A stretch of DNA of 64,000 nt from Chloroflexota bacterium (GTDB lineage: Bacteria; Chloroflexota; Anaerolineae; UBA2200): assembly GCA_014360755.1 (NCBI GenBank), contig JACIWX010000006.1, positions 27,748 through 91,747 on the forward strand, read 5' to 3'. Both the position numbers and the translations under genes were made by a program. Below are positions 47,676-58,465 of this stretch, in pieces; the first letter of the stretch is position 1; each line of letters begins with the position of its first letter. The notes below the pieces were generated by a model. The model worked only from the letters and a program-made list of their open reading frames with translations. It was not told the DNA's origin and did no database searches.

Positions 47676-48287
47676 TCAATATGACATAATAAGAATAGCC
47701 CATGCGCTGCTACTGGAATGGCTTTCGCGTAGAGTATCTAGAGAGTACAACAAGCGCTGACCTCCAATGCACAAATTGTGCAGAGGGCGAATGCAGCCCA
47801 CAGATCCGACGCGCGGATTACGAGAGCGCTGAGCCTTGTTATTGAAGCGCGAGGAGAAACGGAGCATCTCGCAGTAGCCAGGGAAAGCAATCACAACGAT
47901 GCTTACTCTTTTGCGATAGACCCAAGGTAACAAGATCCTCTCCAACGCCTTCGTATACGGATTCGCAAGAGAAGCAGTATCCATTGCCATGAAGCCGCCT
48001 ATTCCATTTACATAAATCAATCTTACAAGGGCGTCAGAATGTGCGAAAAACTAAGGGTTGAATTTCGCACTATGAATCTTATGTATACTAAAGCATGGGT
48101 TTTCCAGGAACTGCCAAGGGATTGCCAGCACCATAGGCAAGAACCTATTGGCATAGCCTCGTGGGTAAGGCACATGCCGTCCAAGTGATACGAGATACTT
48201 TGCTGCCTCTCCGTTTTTCTTCGCTTTGCTCAGGGCAATGCTCAGGATCAGGCTCAACATGACCCAAGGTACATCGCCGCGCAGCAT
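47676..48287 (-). pseudogene. Probable pseudogene: a membrane-protein ORF of about 200 codons interrupted by a single in-frame TAG, inside an AT-rich patch.
   Basis: The track ORFs 48051-48287 and 47676-48020 are in the same frame, separated by one TAG (48051-48053) and 10 sense codons. Local composition is visibly AT-richer than the flanking DNA. No confident family assignment. Confidence 0.3.
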
Positions 48288-48553
48288 CAGCCGTTAACGA
48301 ATGCCCAAGAACATGCTACGCCAATATTCGTTTATTCGTTCCCATATTTATTCGTTGATGGCCCGCTTGACCTGTTGCTTGCCGTTGTCGCATTCATGTG
48401 ATAAAATGAGTATTGTGAATCGCAGAGATTTCGCCTGCTTTTCTGTTATGTCAAATGTAGTCGTCTATCCCCTAGCGAGGAAGGGGATGATTACTCCCCT
48501 GCCCCGTTTGAGCATTGGATGATGTTCTGTTATGAAAATGCTTGAGGAGGAAT

Positions 48554-49756
48554 ATGAATAACTGGCAGAAATGGGCCATTGCCGCCCTGTTGATTGTCCT
48601 GTTGACTACCACGGCATTCGCCGCTGGCTTTGGCGTAGGCCGCTATGTCGTGCCGCCCTACCTATACCCGACCCAAAGGACTGCCGAGAAGCAACAAGAA
48701 CAGTTACGGATCTTTTGGGAAGCATGGCAAATTATTGAGGACAAGTTCTACTCCGAAGAGCCCCTCGATTTCAAGTCCATGGCCTACGGCGCGATCCGTG
48801 GCATGGTGTCTTCCCTGGGAGACCCTCACACGGTGTTCCTCACGGCAGAGCAAGCCAATGTATTTCATGAGGACCTCGAGGGCGAATTCGGGGGCATTGG
48901 CGTGACAGTCAATATGACCGAAGAAGGATATTTGCAGGTAGTCAAACTCATCCCTGGTGCACCCGCTGAGAAGACAAGCCTGAAGCCTGGGGACATTATC
49001 CTAGAAGTAGACGGCAAATCCATCCAAGGCTTGGACATGGCACAAGCAATCAGTCTGATTCGTGGGCCAAAGGGCACGCAAGTGCGGCTGCTAATCAAGC
49101 ACCCTGAGGGAGAGACGGAAGAAATTACCATCACGCGTGCAATCGTGGAAATCCCCACGGTCGAGAGCCGCATGCTGGATCACAATATCGCCTATCTCCG
49201 TCTGTGGGAATTCAACGCGCGGGCTACCGCCCTCGTGCGCGAAAGCCTCAAGGAACTGCTGGGGAAGAATCCCTCTGGGCTTGTCCTCGATCTGCGTGGC
49301 AATCCAGGCGGCTATCTGCACATCGTCGTGCAAATTGCGAGCGAATTCATCCCCGAAGGAACGGTGCTCATTGAGCGCAATAGCAATGGCCAGGAAACTA
49401 GACACTCCGTCTCGGGCTTGGGCATCGCGACCCAAATACCCCTAGCCGTGTTGGTGGATAAGGGCAGTGCTAGCGCAGCGGAGATCCTCGCCGGCGCGAT
49501 TCAGGATCACAAACGCGGTGTCTTGATTGGAGAGCGGACGTTTGGCAAGGGTTCGGTGCAGATCACCGAGCGTCTGAGCGATCAATCTGCGTTGCAGGTA
49601 ACCATCCAACGCTGGTATACGCCGGCAAACCGAGCGATCGAGGGACAAGGCCTAACCCCGGATATCGAGGTTGGCATCACGGCGGAAGACTGGCAAGCCC
49701 AGCGCGACCCGCAACTGGAGCGCGCCATTGCTTACCTGCTTTCCCAGGCACCATGA
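48554..49756 (+). CDS. ctpA: Carboxyl-terminal processing protease (S41 family).
   Basis: N-terminal TM/signal region, a PDZ domain (GGIGVTV..LKPGDIILEVDG), and the S41 catalytic region (GNPGG...ASAAEI). GAGGAGG SD 3 nt before the ATG. Confidence 0.9.
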   Translation: MNNWQKWAIAALLIVLLTTTAFAAGFGVGRYVVPPYLYPTQRTAEKQQEQLRIFWEAWQIIEDKFYSEEPLDFKSMAYGAIRGMVSSLGDPHTVFLTAEQANVFHEDLEGEFGGIGVTVNMTEEGYLQVVKLIPGAPAEKTSLKPGDIILEVDGKSIQGLDMAQAISLIRGPKGTQVRLLIKHPEGETEEITITRAIVEIPTVESRMLDHNIAYLRLWEFNARATALVRESLKELLGKNPSGLVLDLRGNPGGYLHIVVQIASEFIPEGTVLIERNSNGQETRHSVSGLGIATQIPLAVLVDKGSASAAEILAGAIQDHKRGVLIGERTFGKGSVQITERLSDQSALQVTIQRWYTPANRAIEGQGLTPDIEVGITAEDWQAQRDPQLERAIAYLLSQAP

Positions 49757-50208
49757 GCGAGATCAAAGTTATTGCCACCAACCGCAAAGCCTATCACGAC
49801 TACTTCCTGCAGGATACCCAGGAAGCGGGCATTGCCCTGACCGGCACGGAGATCAAGTCAGTGCGGGCAGGGCGCGTCAACCTACGCGATAGCTATGTGC
49901 AGATACGCAATGGCGAAGCGTGGTTGATGAACGTGCACATTGCCCCCTACGCCGCGGGCAGCAGGGAGAACCCCGACCCGCGCCGTGACCGCAAGCTACT
50001 GTTGCACCGCCGTGAGATCGCTCGGCTGCAGAACGCAGTGCAGGAAAAGGGCTTTACTATCGTGCCGCTGCGGCTGTACCTGAAAAATAACCGCGCCAAA
50101 GTAGAAATCGCCCTAGCACGGGGGAAAAAATTGTACGACAAGCGCGAAGCACTCGCCAAGAAAGAAGCACAGCGCATAATGGAGCAAGAACTCAAAAGAC
50201 GGCGCTGA
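49753..50208 (+). CDS. smpB: SsrA-binding protein SmpB.
   Basis: IATNRKAYHDYFL...GTEIKS is the canonical SmpB sequence. The ATG overlaps the ctpA stop as ATGA. Confidence 0.9.
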   Translation: MSEIKVIATNRKAYHDYFLQDTQEAGIALTGTEIKSVRAGRVNLRDSYVQIRNGEAWLMNVHIAPYAAGSRENPDPRRDRKLLLHRREIARLQNAVQEKGFTIVPLRLYLKNNRAKVEIALARGKKLYDKREALAKKEAQRIMEQELKRRR

Positions 50209-50239
50209 GTCCAAGTTTTCCGTTGTCATTCTCCACAAT

Positions 50240-50268
50240 TTGCCATTTTTCCGCATATATAGTATAAT
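50240..50268 (+). promoter_or_regulatory. sigma70-type promoter of ssrA.
   Basis: TTGCCA (50240-50245), a 17-nt spacer, then TATAAT (50263-50268), with the tmRNA 5' GGGG at 50280. Confidence 0.5.
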
Positions 50269-50279
50269 TTTTATCGCTT

Positions 50280-50691
50280 GGGGATGACAGGTCTCGACGG
50301 GGAGGGCTGACTCGAGACTGCAAGCTGAGGTGCCTCCACCTCGTAAAACAGGGGCAAAATACAAGTGCCAACACAGCACGAATGCCGGCGTATGCTTACG
50401 CCATGGCTGCATAAAGCGGACCTAGCGTAAGCAGACGCTTTGGCCACTACGAGTGGCCACGTCCATCCCGCTCTCGCTTCCGGTGGAGTGGGGTCGGGCG
50501 TCATAGGAACCGGAGTGCGGTCGCCCCCATGCTGATAAGGGCGGCCTAAGCCCCTCCAACGAGGGGATCAGCTGGCTCCATGGCAACTCCGTCGGTTGAG
50601 GTGCATGGAGCGAGAACAAAAAGCCGACTAAGCTTGTAGGATGTCTCCAGTCGAACTCTTCGGACGCGGGTTCGATTCCCGCCATCTCCAC
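50280..50691 (+). ncRNA. ssrA: tmRNA (transfer-messenger RNA).
   Basis: 5' GGGGATGACAGGTCTCGACGGGG, a typical tmRNA 5' end. 3' GGACGCGGGTTCGATTCCCGCCATCTCCA, a T-arm plus a 7-bp acceptor stem complementary to the 5' end. Internal tag ORF GCC AAC ACA ... GCT GCA TAA encodes ANTARMPAYAYAMAA. The gene lies immediately downstream of smpB. Confidence 0.85.
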
Positions 50692-50707
50692 TGTTTGGTG
50701 TGGAGCG

Positions 50708-50732
50708 ATTGCCGCACAGCGGCAATATTTAT
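50708..50732 (+). terminator. Intrinsic terminator downstream of ssrA.
   Basis: ATTGCCGC-aca-GCGGCAAT hairpin followed by ATTTAT. Confidence 0.55.
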
Positions 50733-50752
50733 CCCGTGGAGGGAACCCTGCT

Positions 50753-52210
50753 GTGGATGAGAAGCGCATCCGCCTCCCACCCAAAGGCAAGAGCAAAGAT
50801 GAAATCCTGGCAACGATGAAAGCCCTCCGCCAGGAAGATGTCCCATGGCAACAAGGCCGCCTCTTCAGTCTGGTGTATTATGCCAGCGACGAAGTTACAG
50901 AGCTGGTGAAAGAAGCCTACTCCCTCTTCTTCTCTGAGAATGCACTCAACCCCACCGTTTTCCCCAGCCTGCGCCGCATGGAGACAGAAGTGGTGGCCAT
51001 GGTTGCTGATTTGCTGGGTGGGGATGAAAACGTCGTGGGCAGTATGACCTCCGGAGGCACGGAGAGCCTCCTGATGACGGTGAAAGCAGCGAGAGAATGG
51101 GCACGCGTACATAAGCCAGACATTCAATCCCCAGAGATAGTGTTGCCCGTTACAGCCCATCCGGCTTTGGAGAAAGCAGCACACTATCTTGGACTGAGGA
51201 CCATTCGCTTCCCGGTGCGCGATGATTTCCGCGCCGATGTAGAAGCAGCGCGAAAGGCTATCACCCCGCACACCATCCTTCTGGTCGGTTCCGCTCCCTC
51301 CTACCCGCATGGAGTGATAGATCCTATCGCTGAGCTAGCCCAACTAGCACAGGAACAGGGCCTCTGGTTTCACGTAGATGCCTGCGTGGGTGGAATGATG
51401 CTGCCGTTTATCCGTCGCCTGGGCTATCCTGTGCCAGATTTTGATTTTCAAGTGCCTGGTGTAACCTCGATATCCGCGGATTTGCATAAATACGGCTACA
51501 CCGCTAAGGGTTCATCCGTGATCCTCTACCGCAATCGAGACCTGCGCCGCCATCAGTTCTTCGTCTATACCGATTGGCCCGGCGGTATCTATGCCTCGCC
51601 CACGATTGCTGGCACTCGGCCCGGCGGGCCCATCGCTGCTGCCTGGGCACTGATGCACTACTTAGGCGAGGAAGGGTACCTGGCTTTGGCAGACAGTGTG
51701 ATGAAAACTGCCCTCACACTTCGCCAAGGGATCGCCGCTATCCCTGGACTGCGCATCTTGGGCAGCCCGGATATGAGCATCATGGCTATTGCTGCGGACA
51801 AATTGAACATCTACGAGATTGGCGATGAGATGGCTTTGCGCGGCTGGCACCTCGACCGGCAACAATTCCCTCCCAGCCTACACCTAACGGTTACGCCAGC
51901 TCATGCCCGCATCGCCGATCTTTTCCTACACGATCTAGCCGCCGCAGTGGAGGTGGCTAAGAAACCCAGCCTGCAGAAGATAGGAAGCAGCCTGGCGGTT
52001 ACGCTTGCCAACGCCGCTGCCAGGCTGTTGCCAGAGAAAGTAGTCAGTCGGTTGATGTCCCGCGCGGGGGCATTCTTGGGCGGAAAAGGCACAGGATTGC
52101 CCCAGCGTTCGGCAGCGATGTATGGCATGATGGGCTCGCTGCCCAACCGCGGTGACTTACGCGAGCTCGTTCTCGATTTGCTGGACCGCCTGACCCGACC
52201 AGAAGAATAA
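50753..52210 (+). CDS. PLP-dependent group II decarboxylase (sphingosine-1-phosphate lyase / glutamate decarboxylase family).
   Basis: 485 aa with an SPL-like N-terminus (EDVPWQQGRLFSLVYYASDEV) and the PLP-lysine region SISADLHKYGYTAKGSS. GTG start 9 nt after GGAGGG. Confidence 0.85.
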   Translation: MDEKRIRLPPKGKSKDEILATMKALRQEDVPWQQGRLFSLVYYASDEVTELVKEAYSLFFSENALNPTVFPSLRRMETEVVAMVADLLGGDENVVGSMTSGGTESLLMTVKAAREWARVHKPDIQSPEIVLPVTAHPALEKAAHYLGLRTIRFPVRDDFRADVEAARKAITPHTILLVGSAPSYPHGVIDPIAELAQLAQEQGLWFHVDACVGGMMLPFIRRLGYPVPDFDFQVPGVTSISADLHKYGYTAKGSSVILYRNRDLRRHQFFVYTDWPGGIYASPTIAGTRPGGPIAAAWALMHYLGEEGYLALADSVMKTALTLRQGIAAIPGLRILGSPDMSIMAIAADKLNIYEIGDEMALRGWHLDRQQFPPSLHLTVTPAHARIADLFLHDLAAAVEVAKKPSLQKIGSSLAVTLANAAARLLPEKVVSRLMSRAGAFLGGKGTGLPQRSAAMYGMMGSLPNRGDLRELVLDLLDRLTRPEE

Positions 52211-52260
52211 CTCGCCGCTCAGTACGCCTGACCCTGTCAGGTAGAAAGGAGCAAACAGAG

Positions 52261-53730
52261 ATGAACATGCAGCCAGGGCGTGAGCAAACGCCCCAGCAGG
52301 TAGCGCTCGAGAAGCTGCCCCCACTTTCACTGCTGGTCAAGCTGATTTATGGTTCTGGCGAATGGAGCTATGCCAGCTATGGCACATTGCGCCAGATCTT
52401 CTATGCCATCTTCCTCACTGACGTGGTTGGACTCGATGCGCGCCTGGCTTCTGTTGCTGCACTGTTGGGCACTATCTGGGATGCGATCAATGACCCCATC
52501 GTGGGTGCCATCAGTGATAACTTAAAGACACGCTGGGGACGGCGACGCCCCTTTTTGCTCTTCTTCTCCATCCCCTTTGGACTGAGCTTCTTGCTCCTGT
52601 GGTGGGCACCTCCCTGGTCAAGCCAGATCGCGTTGATGCTCACGGTAATGCTAGCCTTCATGATCAGCGATACCATGCAAACTTTGGTTTCCGTCCCTTA
52701 TGTCAGTCTCACCCCAGAGATTACCCCTGACTATGATGAACGCACCACCTTAGCCAGCTACCGCATGTTTTTCAACCTGCTGGCTTCGCTGATCACTGCC
52801 GTGTCGGCACCGATGATTGTGAAAGCTGTGCTGAGGGCAGGCTTCACCCAACAGCAAGGGTATCTCACTGTGGCGGCCTTGTTTGGTGGATTGGCAGCCT
52901 TGCCATTCCTGCTGATTTTCTTCGTGATACGGGAGCGTTTCGCGGAGCGCATCCGCGTAGTGGAGCCGGTTTCCCTACGCAAGATTGTGCAGGCGCTTTG
53001 GCGCAACATTCCCTTCCGCTTTGCCGTCGCAATCTACATGCTGAACTGGATTATCTTTGACTTGGTGGCGATGGTGCTGCCCTTTTTCCTGTTGTATTGG
53101 GTTGCTCAGGGCGATTTATTGGCTTCAATCAATCTCGGGGGCGAAAAAATTGCCCTGGAATCCGTAGTCCTGGGGCTATTGTTAATCACTGCGGTGGTTG
53201 CGTTGCCCTTGTGGAACTGGTTGTCCCACCGCTTCAGCAAGCGCAGTGCTTATCTCCTGGCAATGAGCGCTTGGGCAATCGTGCAGGCTTTTGTCTTGGT
53301 TATCCAACCTGGACAGATGGGCTTGATTGTCATGCTGGCAGTGCTAGCAGGAGTATGTGTTTCCGCTGCTCATGCGCTTCCAGACGCCATTTTCCCCGAC
53401 GTGATTGATTGGGATGAACTATGTACACGCCGTCGTCGCGAGGGAATTTACTACGGCATCAAGAACTTTGTACGTAAACTGGCTGGAGCGCTCGCTATCT
53501 TCTTTGCGCTGCAAGTACTGGGCTGGTTTGGTTACCAGTCCCCGCCTAAGAATGCGATCCAATTCCAGCAAGCCCCCATCACTTTAACAGCCATCCGCAT
53601 GTTAATTGGTCCTGTGGGGACATTTTTGCTCGCTACTGTCGCAGTAGTCACTTGGTTTTACCCCCTCACCCGCGAACGGCATGCGCGGGTGCAACGCCTG
53701 CTCGCCCGGCGGCGGCAGCTTCACAGTTGA
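52261..53730 (+). CDS. MFS transporter of the GPH (glycoside-pentoside-hexuronide : cation symporter, MFS_2) family.
   Basis: 12-TM protein with the GPH signature YGSGEWSYASYGTLRQIFYAIFLTDVVGL...DAINDPIVGAISDN..RWGRRRPFLL. Confidence 0.85.
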   Translation: MNMQPGREQTPQQVALEKLPPLSLLVKLIYGSGEWSYASYGTLRQIFYAIFLTDVVGLDARLASVAALLGTIWDAINDPIVGAISDNLKTRWGRRRPFLLFFSIPFGLSFLLLWWAPPWSSQIALMLTVMLAFMISDTMQTLVSVPYVSLTPEITPDYDERTTLASYRMFFNLLASLITAVSAPMIVKAVLRAGFTQQQGYLTVAALFGGLAALPFLLIFFVIRERFAERIRVVEPVSLRKIVQALWRNIPFRFAVAIYMLNWIIFDLVAMVLPFFLLYWVAQGDLLASINLGGEKIALESVVLGLLLITAVVALPLWNWLSHRFSKRSAYLLAMSAWAIVQAFVLVIQPGQMGLIVMLAVLAGVCVSAAHALPDAIFPDVIDWDELCTRRRREGIYYGIKNFVRKLAGALAIFFALQVLGWFGYQSPPKNAIQFQQAPITLTAIRMLIGPVGTFLLATVAVVTWFYPLTRERHARVQRLLARRRQLHS

Positions 53731-53740
53731 CCCCTCTTCT

Positions 53741-53768
53741 TTGACATCCCAGCCCAATAGCTTATAAT
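53741..53768 (+). promoter_or_regulatory. Near-consensus sigma70 promoter upstream of mtnP.
   Basis: TTGACA (53741-53746), a 16-nt spacer, then TATAAT (53763-53768). About 75-nt leader before the ATG at 53848, which has an AGGAGGAGAGG SD. Confidence 0.5.
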
Positions 53769-53847
53769 ACGCTCGCTTTTCGCATGACTGAACGGGGCTT
53801 ATCCGTGTGCCAGGCGGATCTCTGAAAATCAACACAGGAGGAGAGGA

Positions 53848-54717
53848 ATGGAACAAGCAATCCTGGGTGTTATTGGTGGTAGCGGTGTATACGATGTCGA
53901 GACATTGCAAGATGTCAAAGAAGTGCGCATCAAGACGCCATTCGGCGATCCAAGCGATGCTATTGTGCTGGGCACGTTAGCTGGCGTGCGGGTGGCTTTC
54001 CTGCCGCGCCATGGCCGCGGTCATCGCATCATGCCCAGCGAAGTGAACGCCCGCGCCAATATCTATGCCCTCAAGTCTTTGGGCGTGCAGTATATTGTCT
54101 CCATCAGTGCTTGCGGGAGCATGCGCGAAGAGATTGCTCCGCGACACATCGTGATCCCCGACCAAATCTTTGACCGCACCAAAGCCAGGCCGAATACCTT
54201 TTTCGGCAATGGGCTGGTGGTGCATATCAGCTTCGATGAGCCGTACTGCCCGGTTTTGAGCGAACTGGTGTATCAAGCGGTCAAAAAGACTGGAGCAACG
54301 GTGCATAAAGGTGGGACATTCATAGTGATTGAGGGCCCACAATTTTCCACCAAAGCCGAGTCGCGCATCTACCGGCAATGGGGCGTGGACATCATTGGGA
54401 TGACTGCCCTACCGGAGGCGAAACTAGCGCGCGAAGCGGAGATTTGCTACGCAGCCATGGCACATGTAACAGACTATGACGTCTGGCACGAAACCGAAGA
54501 GCCGGTTACAGTTGCCATGCTCATTGAGAACCTGCTTGCCAACGCCGCAACGACCAAACAGGCACTCACCTACTTGGCGCCTCTGGTTGCCGCGCAAAAG
54601 GAGCGCACCTGCAAATGCGCTACTGCCCTATCGGCAGCCATCATTACCCAGCGCGATATGATTCCAGAGACGGTCAAGGCACAATTGGGATTGCTGCTGG
54701 ACAAGTATCTCAAATAG
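53848..54717 (+). CDS. mtnP: S-methyl-5'-thioadenosine phosphorylase.
   Basis: ILGVIGGSGVYD...KTPFGDPSD...FLPRHGRGH is the MTAP / PNP-family signature. Confidence 0.9.
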   Translation: MEQAILGVIGGSGVYDVETLQDVKEVRIKTPFGDPSDAIVLGTLAGVRVAFLPRHGRGHRIMPSEVNARANIYALKSLGVQYIVSISACGSMREEIAPRHIVIPDQIFDRTKARPNTFFGNGLVVHISFDEPYCPVLSELVYQAVKKTGATVHKGGTFIVIEGPQFSTKAESRIYRQWGVDIIGMTALPEAKLAREAEICYAAMAHVTDYDVWHETEEPVTVAMLIENLLANAATTKQALTYLAPLVAAQKERTCKCATALSAAIITQRDMIPETVKAQLGLLLDKYLK

Positions 54718-54799
54718 GTTCGCGTAGCCTATTCTGCCTTTCCAGACAGCTTGGTCTTATTCCCTCCCCTGCGCCACTCTTGTGATGACTACACGAAGG

Positions 54800-57679
54800 T
54801 TAAGCGGCCCTAGACAACACCTTCTTCAAAAACTGCCCTGTGTACGAATGCGGCATCTCCGCCACCTGTTCCGGTGTGCCCTCCGCAATCACCCACCCGC
54901 CTGCGTCCCCTCCTTCTGGCCCCAGATCTATGATCCAATCCGCACTCTTGATCACATCCATATTGTGCTCAATGATGATCACTGTGTTGCCAGCATCTAC
55001 CAGCCGGTTCAACACTTGCAACAAGCGGGCAATGTCTGCAAAATGCAACCCGGTCGTCGGCTCATCCAAGATATACAGGGTACGCCCCGTTGCTTTCCGC
55101 GACAATTCTCGCGCCAGTTTCACGCGCTGCGCCTCACCGCCAGACAGCGTGGTCGCTGGCTGGCCGAGACGGATATACCCCAAGCCCACATCATACAGGG
55201 TTTGCAACTTGCGCCGGATGGGCGGGATATGCTCGAAAAAGCGCAGGGCTTCATCTACGGTCATGTCCAGCACATCGGCTATGCTTTTGCCCTTGAACTT
55301 GATTTCCAATGCCTCGCGGTTGTAACGCCGGCCATGACAGACCTCACAGGGAACATAGACATCGGGCAGGAACTGCATTTCGATGCGGATAATGCCATCG
55401 CCTTGGCAAGCCTCACAACGACCCCCTTTGACGTTGAAGGAGAAACGTCCCGGACGATAGCCGCGCATCTTGGCTTCGGGTAAAGAGGCAAATAACTCAC
55501 GAATAGGCGTGAATACGTTGGTATAGGTGGCGGGGTTGGAACGCGGCGTGCGCCCTATGGGAGATTGGTCAATATCCACCACTTTGTCCAAATACTGGAT
55601 GCCACGGATGCCCTGGTGTGCTCCGGGGCGGACCTTGCTGTGGTAAAAATGCTGTGCGAGGGCTTTGTACAATACCTCGATAATCAGGCTCGACTTGCCT
55701 GAGCCGGACACCCCGGTCACACACACGAACTTGCCCAATGGGATGCGCACGTTGATTTGCTTGAGGTTGTTCTCTGCTGCCCCCAGGATCTCCAATACCT
55801 GACCATTCCCCGGACGGCGTTGCTTGGGCACAGGCACGGATTTTTCGCCGCGCAGGTACTGTCCCGTAATCGAATCTGGACAAGCCATGACATCTGCCAA
55901 TGTCCCTGCAACTACTACCCGGCCACCCATCTCCCCCGCTCCAGGACCGAGGTCAATAATGTAATCCGCTGAGCGGATGGTTTCCTCATCATGCTCGACG
56001 ACGATGAGCGTATTGCCCAGGTCGCGCATACCAATCAGGGTATCAATCAAGCGGCGGTTGTCTCGTTGATGTAAGCCAACGCTGGGCTCATCCAGAATAT
56101 AGAGCACTCCCATCAAACGCGACCCAATCTGCGTCGCCAGACGGATGCGCTGTGCCTCTCCTCCCGATAAAGTCGCTGCGGTGCGGTCCAAGGTCAAATA
56201 GTCCAGCCCCACATCCACCATGAACTTGAGACGGGACCTGAGCTCCTTGAGGATCTGGTGCGCAATAGCCTGCTCACGTGGGGAGAGCATTGAGGGGAGA
56301 TGGTCCACCCACTTCATCGCCTCAGCCACAGAAAGTGCCGTTACTTCCACAATGGATTTGCCTGCCACGGTCACGGCTAGGCTCTCCGGCTTCAGGCGCT
56401 TGCCTTTGCACACAGGGCACGGTCTGGTAGACATGTAGGACTCAATCAAGGCACGGCTGTAATCGGAGGTCGTCTCCTGATAACGCCGCCGCAAATTGAG
56501 GATGACGCCCTCGAAAGTGGTCTCGTACTCGCGCAGATAGCCATAGCGGTTGCGATAGCGCAGCGTGATCACCTTATCCCCAGAGCCATAGAGGAGGACA
56601 TCCAATTGCTGGGGCGTCAAGTCTTGAATGGGCGTCTCCATCGTAAAGCCATAGTGCTCGGCTACTGCTTCCAATAACTGCCCCATATAGCTGTCTTCCT
56701 CGGCGTTACGTGCCAGGTTCCAGGGGCTTGGCGCCAATGCACCTTCGCTGAGCGACAAAGTTTTGTCCGGAATCACCAGATCCGGATCCAGTTCGAGCAA
56801 GGTGCCCAAGCCTGTACAAGCAGGGCAGGCTCCATGAGGGCTGTTAAAAGAAAACGTGCGGGGCTCAATCTCGGGCAGGCTGATGCCACAATAGCCACAA
56901 GCGAGGTGTTCCGAATAGAGGTACTCCGTGCCGTCTTCCAGTACGACCTTAGCCATGCCCCCACCCAATTTCAGCGCTGTCTCCACTGAATCTGCTAACC
57001 GCAGCTGATCTGTGCCCGTCTCCGGGTCCTCTGGGTTCTGGATCACCAGGCGGTCCACCACAGCCTCGATGGTGTGCATTTTGTAACGGTCCAGCACGAT
57101 GTCTTCGTTCACATCGCGTATTTCCCCATTCACCCGCACGCGCACCAGCCCGGAGCGTCGTATATCCTCGAAGACGCGCCGGTGCTCGCCTTTGCGGTCT
57201 TTGATCAACGGCGCCAGGATCATGATGCGGCTGCCCTGGGGCAAAGCCAGCACCGCATCCACGATTTGCTGGACGCTCTGGCGGGCAACGACTCGGCCGC
57301 ATTGCGGACAATGGGGAATGCCCACACGTGCATAGAGCAGGCGCAAGTAGTCATAGACTTCGGTAATAGTGCCTACGGTGGAACGAGGGTTGTGCCCTGC
57401 GCCCCGCTGGTCAATGCTGATGGCTGGCGACAAGCCTTCAATGGAATCCACATCGGGCTTCTCCATGAGGCCCAGGAATTGGCGGGCATACGCCGAGAGG
57501 GATTCTACGTAGCGACGCTGTCCTTCGGCGTAAATCGTGTCAAAGGCTAATGAGGACTTGCCAGAGCCAGAGATGCCGGTGATGACGACAAACTTGTCTC
57601 GCGGGATCTCCACATCTATGTTTTTGAGATTATGCTCGCGCGCACCGCGAATGATAATCTTGTCCTGAGGCATTTGCAC
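54800..57679 (-). CDS. uvrA: Excinuclease ABC subunit A.
   Basis: 959 aa with two ABC ATPase modules ([14 protein letters not shown]; [10 protein letters not shown]), zinc-finger Cys clusters, and LSGGEAQR signatures. Confidence 0.95.
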   Translation of the reverse strand: MQMPQDKIIIRGAREHNLKNIDVEIPRDKFVVITGISGSGKSSLAFDTIYAEGQRRYVESLSAYARQFLGLMEKPDVDSIEGLSPAISIDQRGAGHNPRSTVGTITEVYDYLRLLYARVGIPHCPQCGRVVARQSVQQIVDAVLALPQGSRIMILAPLIKDRKGEHRRVFEDIRRSGLVRVRVNGEIRDVNEDIVLDRYKMHTIEAVVDRLVIQNPEDPETGTDQLRLADSVETALKLGGGMAKVVLEDGTEYLYSEHLACGYCGISLPEIEPRTFSFNSPHGACPACTGLGTLLELDPDLVIPDKTLSLSEGALAPSPWNLARNAEEDSYMGQLLEAVAEHYGFTMETPIQDLTPQQLDVLLYGSGDKVITLRYRNRYGYLREYETTFEGVILNLRRRYQETTSDYSRALIESYMSTRPCPVCKGKRLKPESLAVTVAGKSIVEVTALSVAEAMKWVDHLPSMLSPREQAIAHQILKELRSRLKFMVDVGLDYLTLDRTAATLSGGEAQRIRLATQIGSRLMGVLYILDEPSVGLHQRDNRRLIDTLIGMRDLGNTLIVVEHDEETIRSADYIIDLGPGAGEMGGRVVVAGTLADVMACPDSITGQYLRGEKSVPVPKQRRPGNGQVLEILGAAENNLKQINVRIPLGKFVCVTGVSGSGKSSLIIEVLYKALAQHFYHSKVRPGAHQGIRGIQYLDKVVDIDQSPIGRTPRSNPATYTNVFTPIRELFASLPEAKMRGYRPGRFSFNVKGGRCEACQGDGIIRIEMQFLPDVYVPCEVCHGRRYNREALEIKFKGKSIADVLDMTVDEALRFFEHIPPIRRKLQTLYDVGLGYIRLGQPATTLSGGEAQRVKLARELSRKATGRTLYILDEPTTGLHFADIARLLQVLNRLVDAGNTVIIIEHNMDVIKSADWIIDLGPEGGDAGGWVIAEGTPEQVAEMPHSYTGQFLKKVLSRAA

Positions 57680-57812
57680 TCACCCCTGCCATTTTGAGCA
57701 AATAGGAATTATACTGTGAAAGCGATTGAAGAGCAACTGCACATTGCGCTTTGTAGTTCAACTTCGGGGCAAGAAATGCCTTGCATAGCCTCAGGCAGAT
57801 GAAAAGAGACTC

Positions 57813-58448
57813 TCAGTGTTTCAATGCCCTGAAGCCTAAGAAATCACCCAATCTGCGCCACAGCGAGAGCACGCCGCTTTGGCGCAGCCGGCTCATGCGC
57901 TGGCCCCATGCCTCTGGCGGGCCAAAGCCCTCCCAGTGGACGACCTGTTCCAGAGGCAAACGCGGCGTAGGCTGTTGCTCTGGAGGCACCGGATAGCCCA
58001 TAGTGATCAGTGCGATGACGCGCATGCCATCAGGCAAGCCCAGGGCTGCTGCAGCCTGCTCTTCATCGAACGCGCCAATCCAGCACGTCCCCAAGCCCAG
58101 CGCCTTGGCAGCCAGCATTAGGTTCTGACCAGCCAAGCAGCAATCGTGTACATACCAGCTACTGCGCCGTTCATCACCGCACAAGGCGATGAGCACCGGT
58201 GCCTGCGCTACATGGCGTGGCACCACGCCCATGATGCGCGTGGACTGAGCCAACGCTGCTCGGCGCTCGGGCTGCGTTACTACGACAAAATGCCATGGCT
58301 GACGGTTGACCGCGCTCGGCGCCCAGCGTGCGGAATCCAGCACACGCAAAATCAGCTCACGTGGCACAGCATCCGCCCGGTATTGCCGCACCGAGCGACG
58401 CTCACGGATGGTCATTTCCACTGGTGTGAGATTTTGTTCATCGGACAT
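57813..58448 (-). CDS. Nitroreductase-family protein.
   Basis: RRSVRQYRADAVPRELI...APSAVNRQPWHFVVV is the FMN-dependent nitroreductase fold signature. Confidence 0.85.
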   Translation of the reverse strand: MSDEQNLTPVEMTIRERRSVRQYRADAVPRELILRVLDSARWAPSAVNRQPWHFVVVTQPERRAALAQSTRIMGVVPRHVAQAPVLIALCGDERRSSWYVHDCCLAGQNLMLAAKALGLGTCWIGAFDEEQAAAALGLPDGMRVIALITMGYPVPPEQQPTPRLPLEQVVHWEGFGPPEAWGQRMSRLRQSGVLSLWRRLGDFLGFRALKH

Positions 58449-58465
58449 GGAAGGGCCTCCTGCTT

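Noticed and set aside
50422-50846. Minus-strand ORFs of 124 and 72 aa overlapping the tmRNA.
   Set aside because: They lie antisense to a well-supported ssrA gene with a promoter, a tRNA-like acceptor/T-arm and a tag ORF. They have no SD and are low-complexity.
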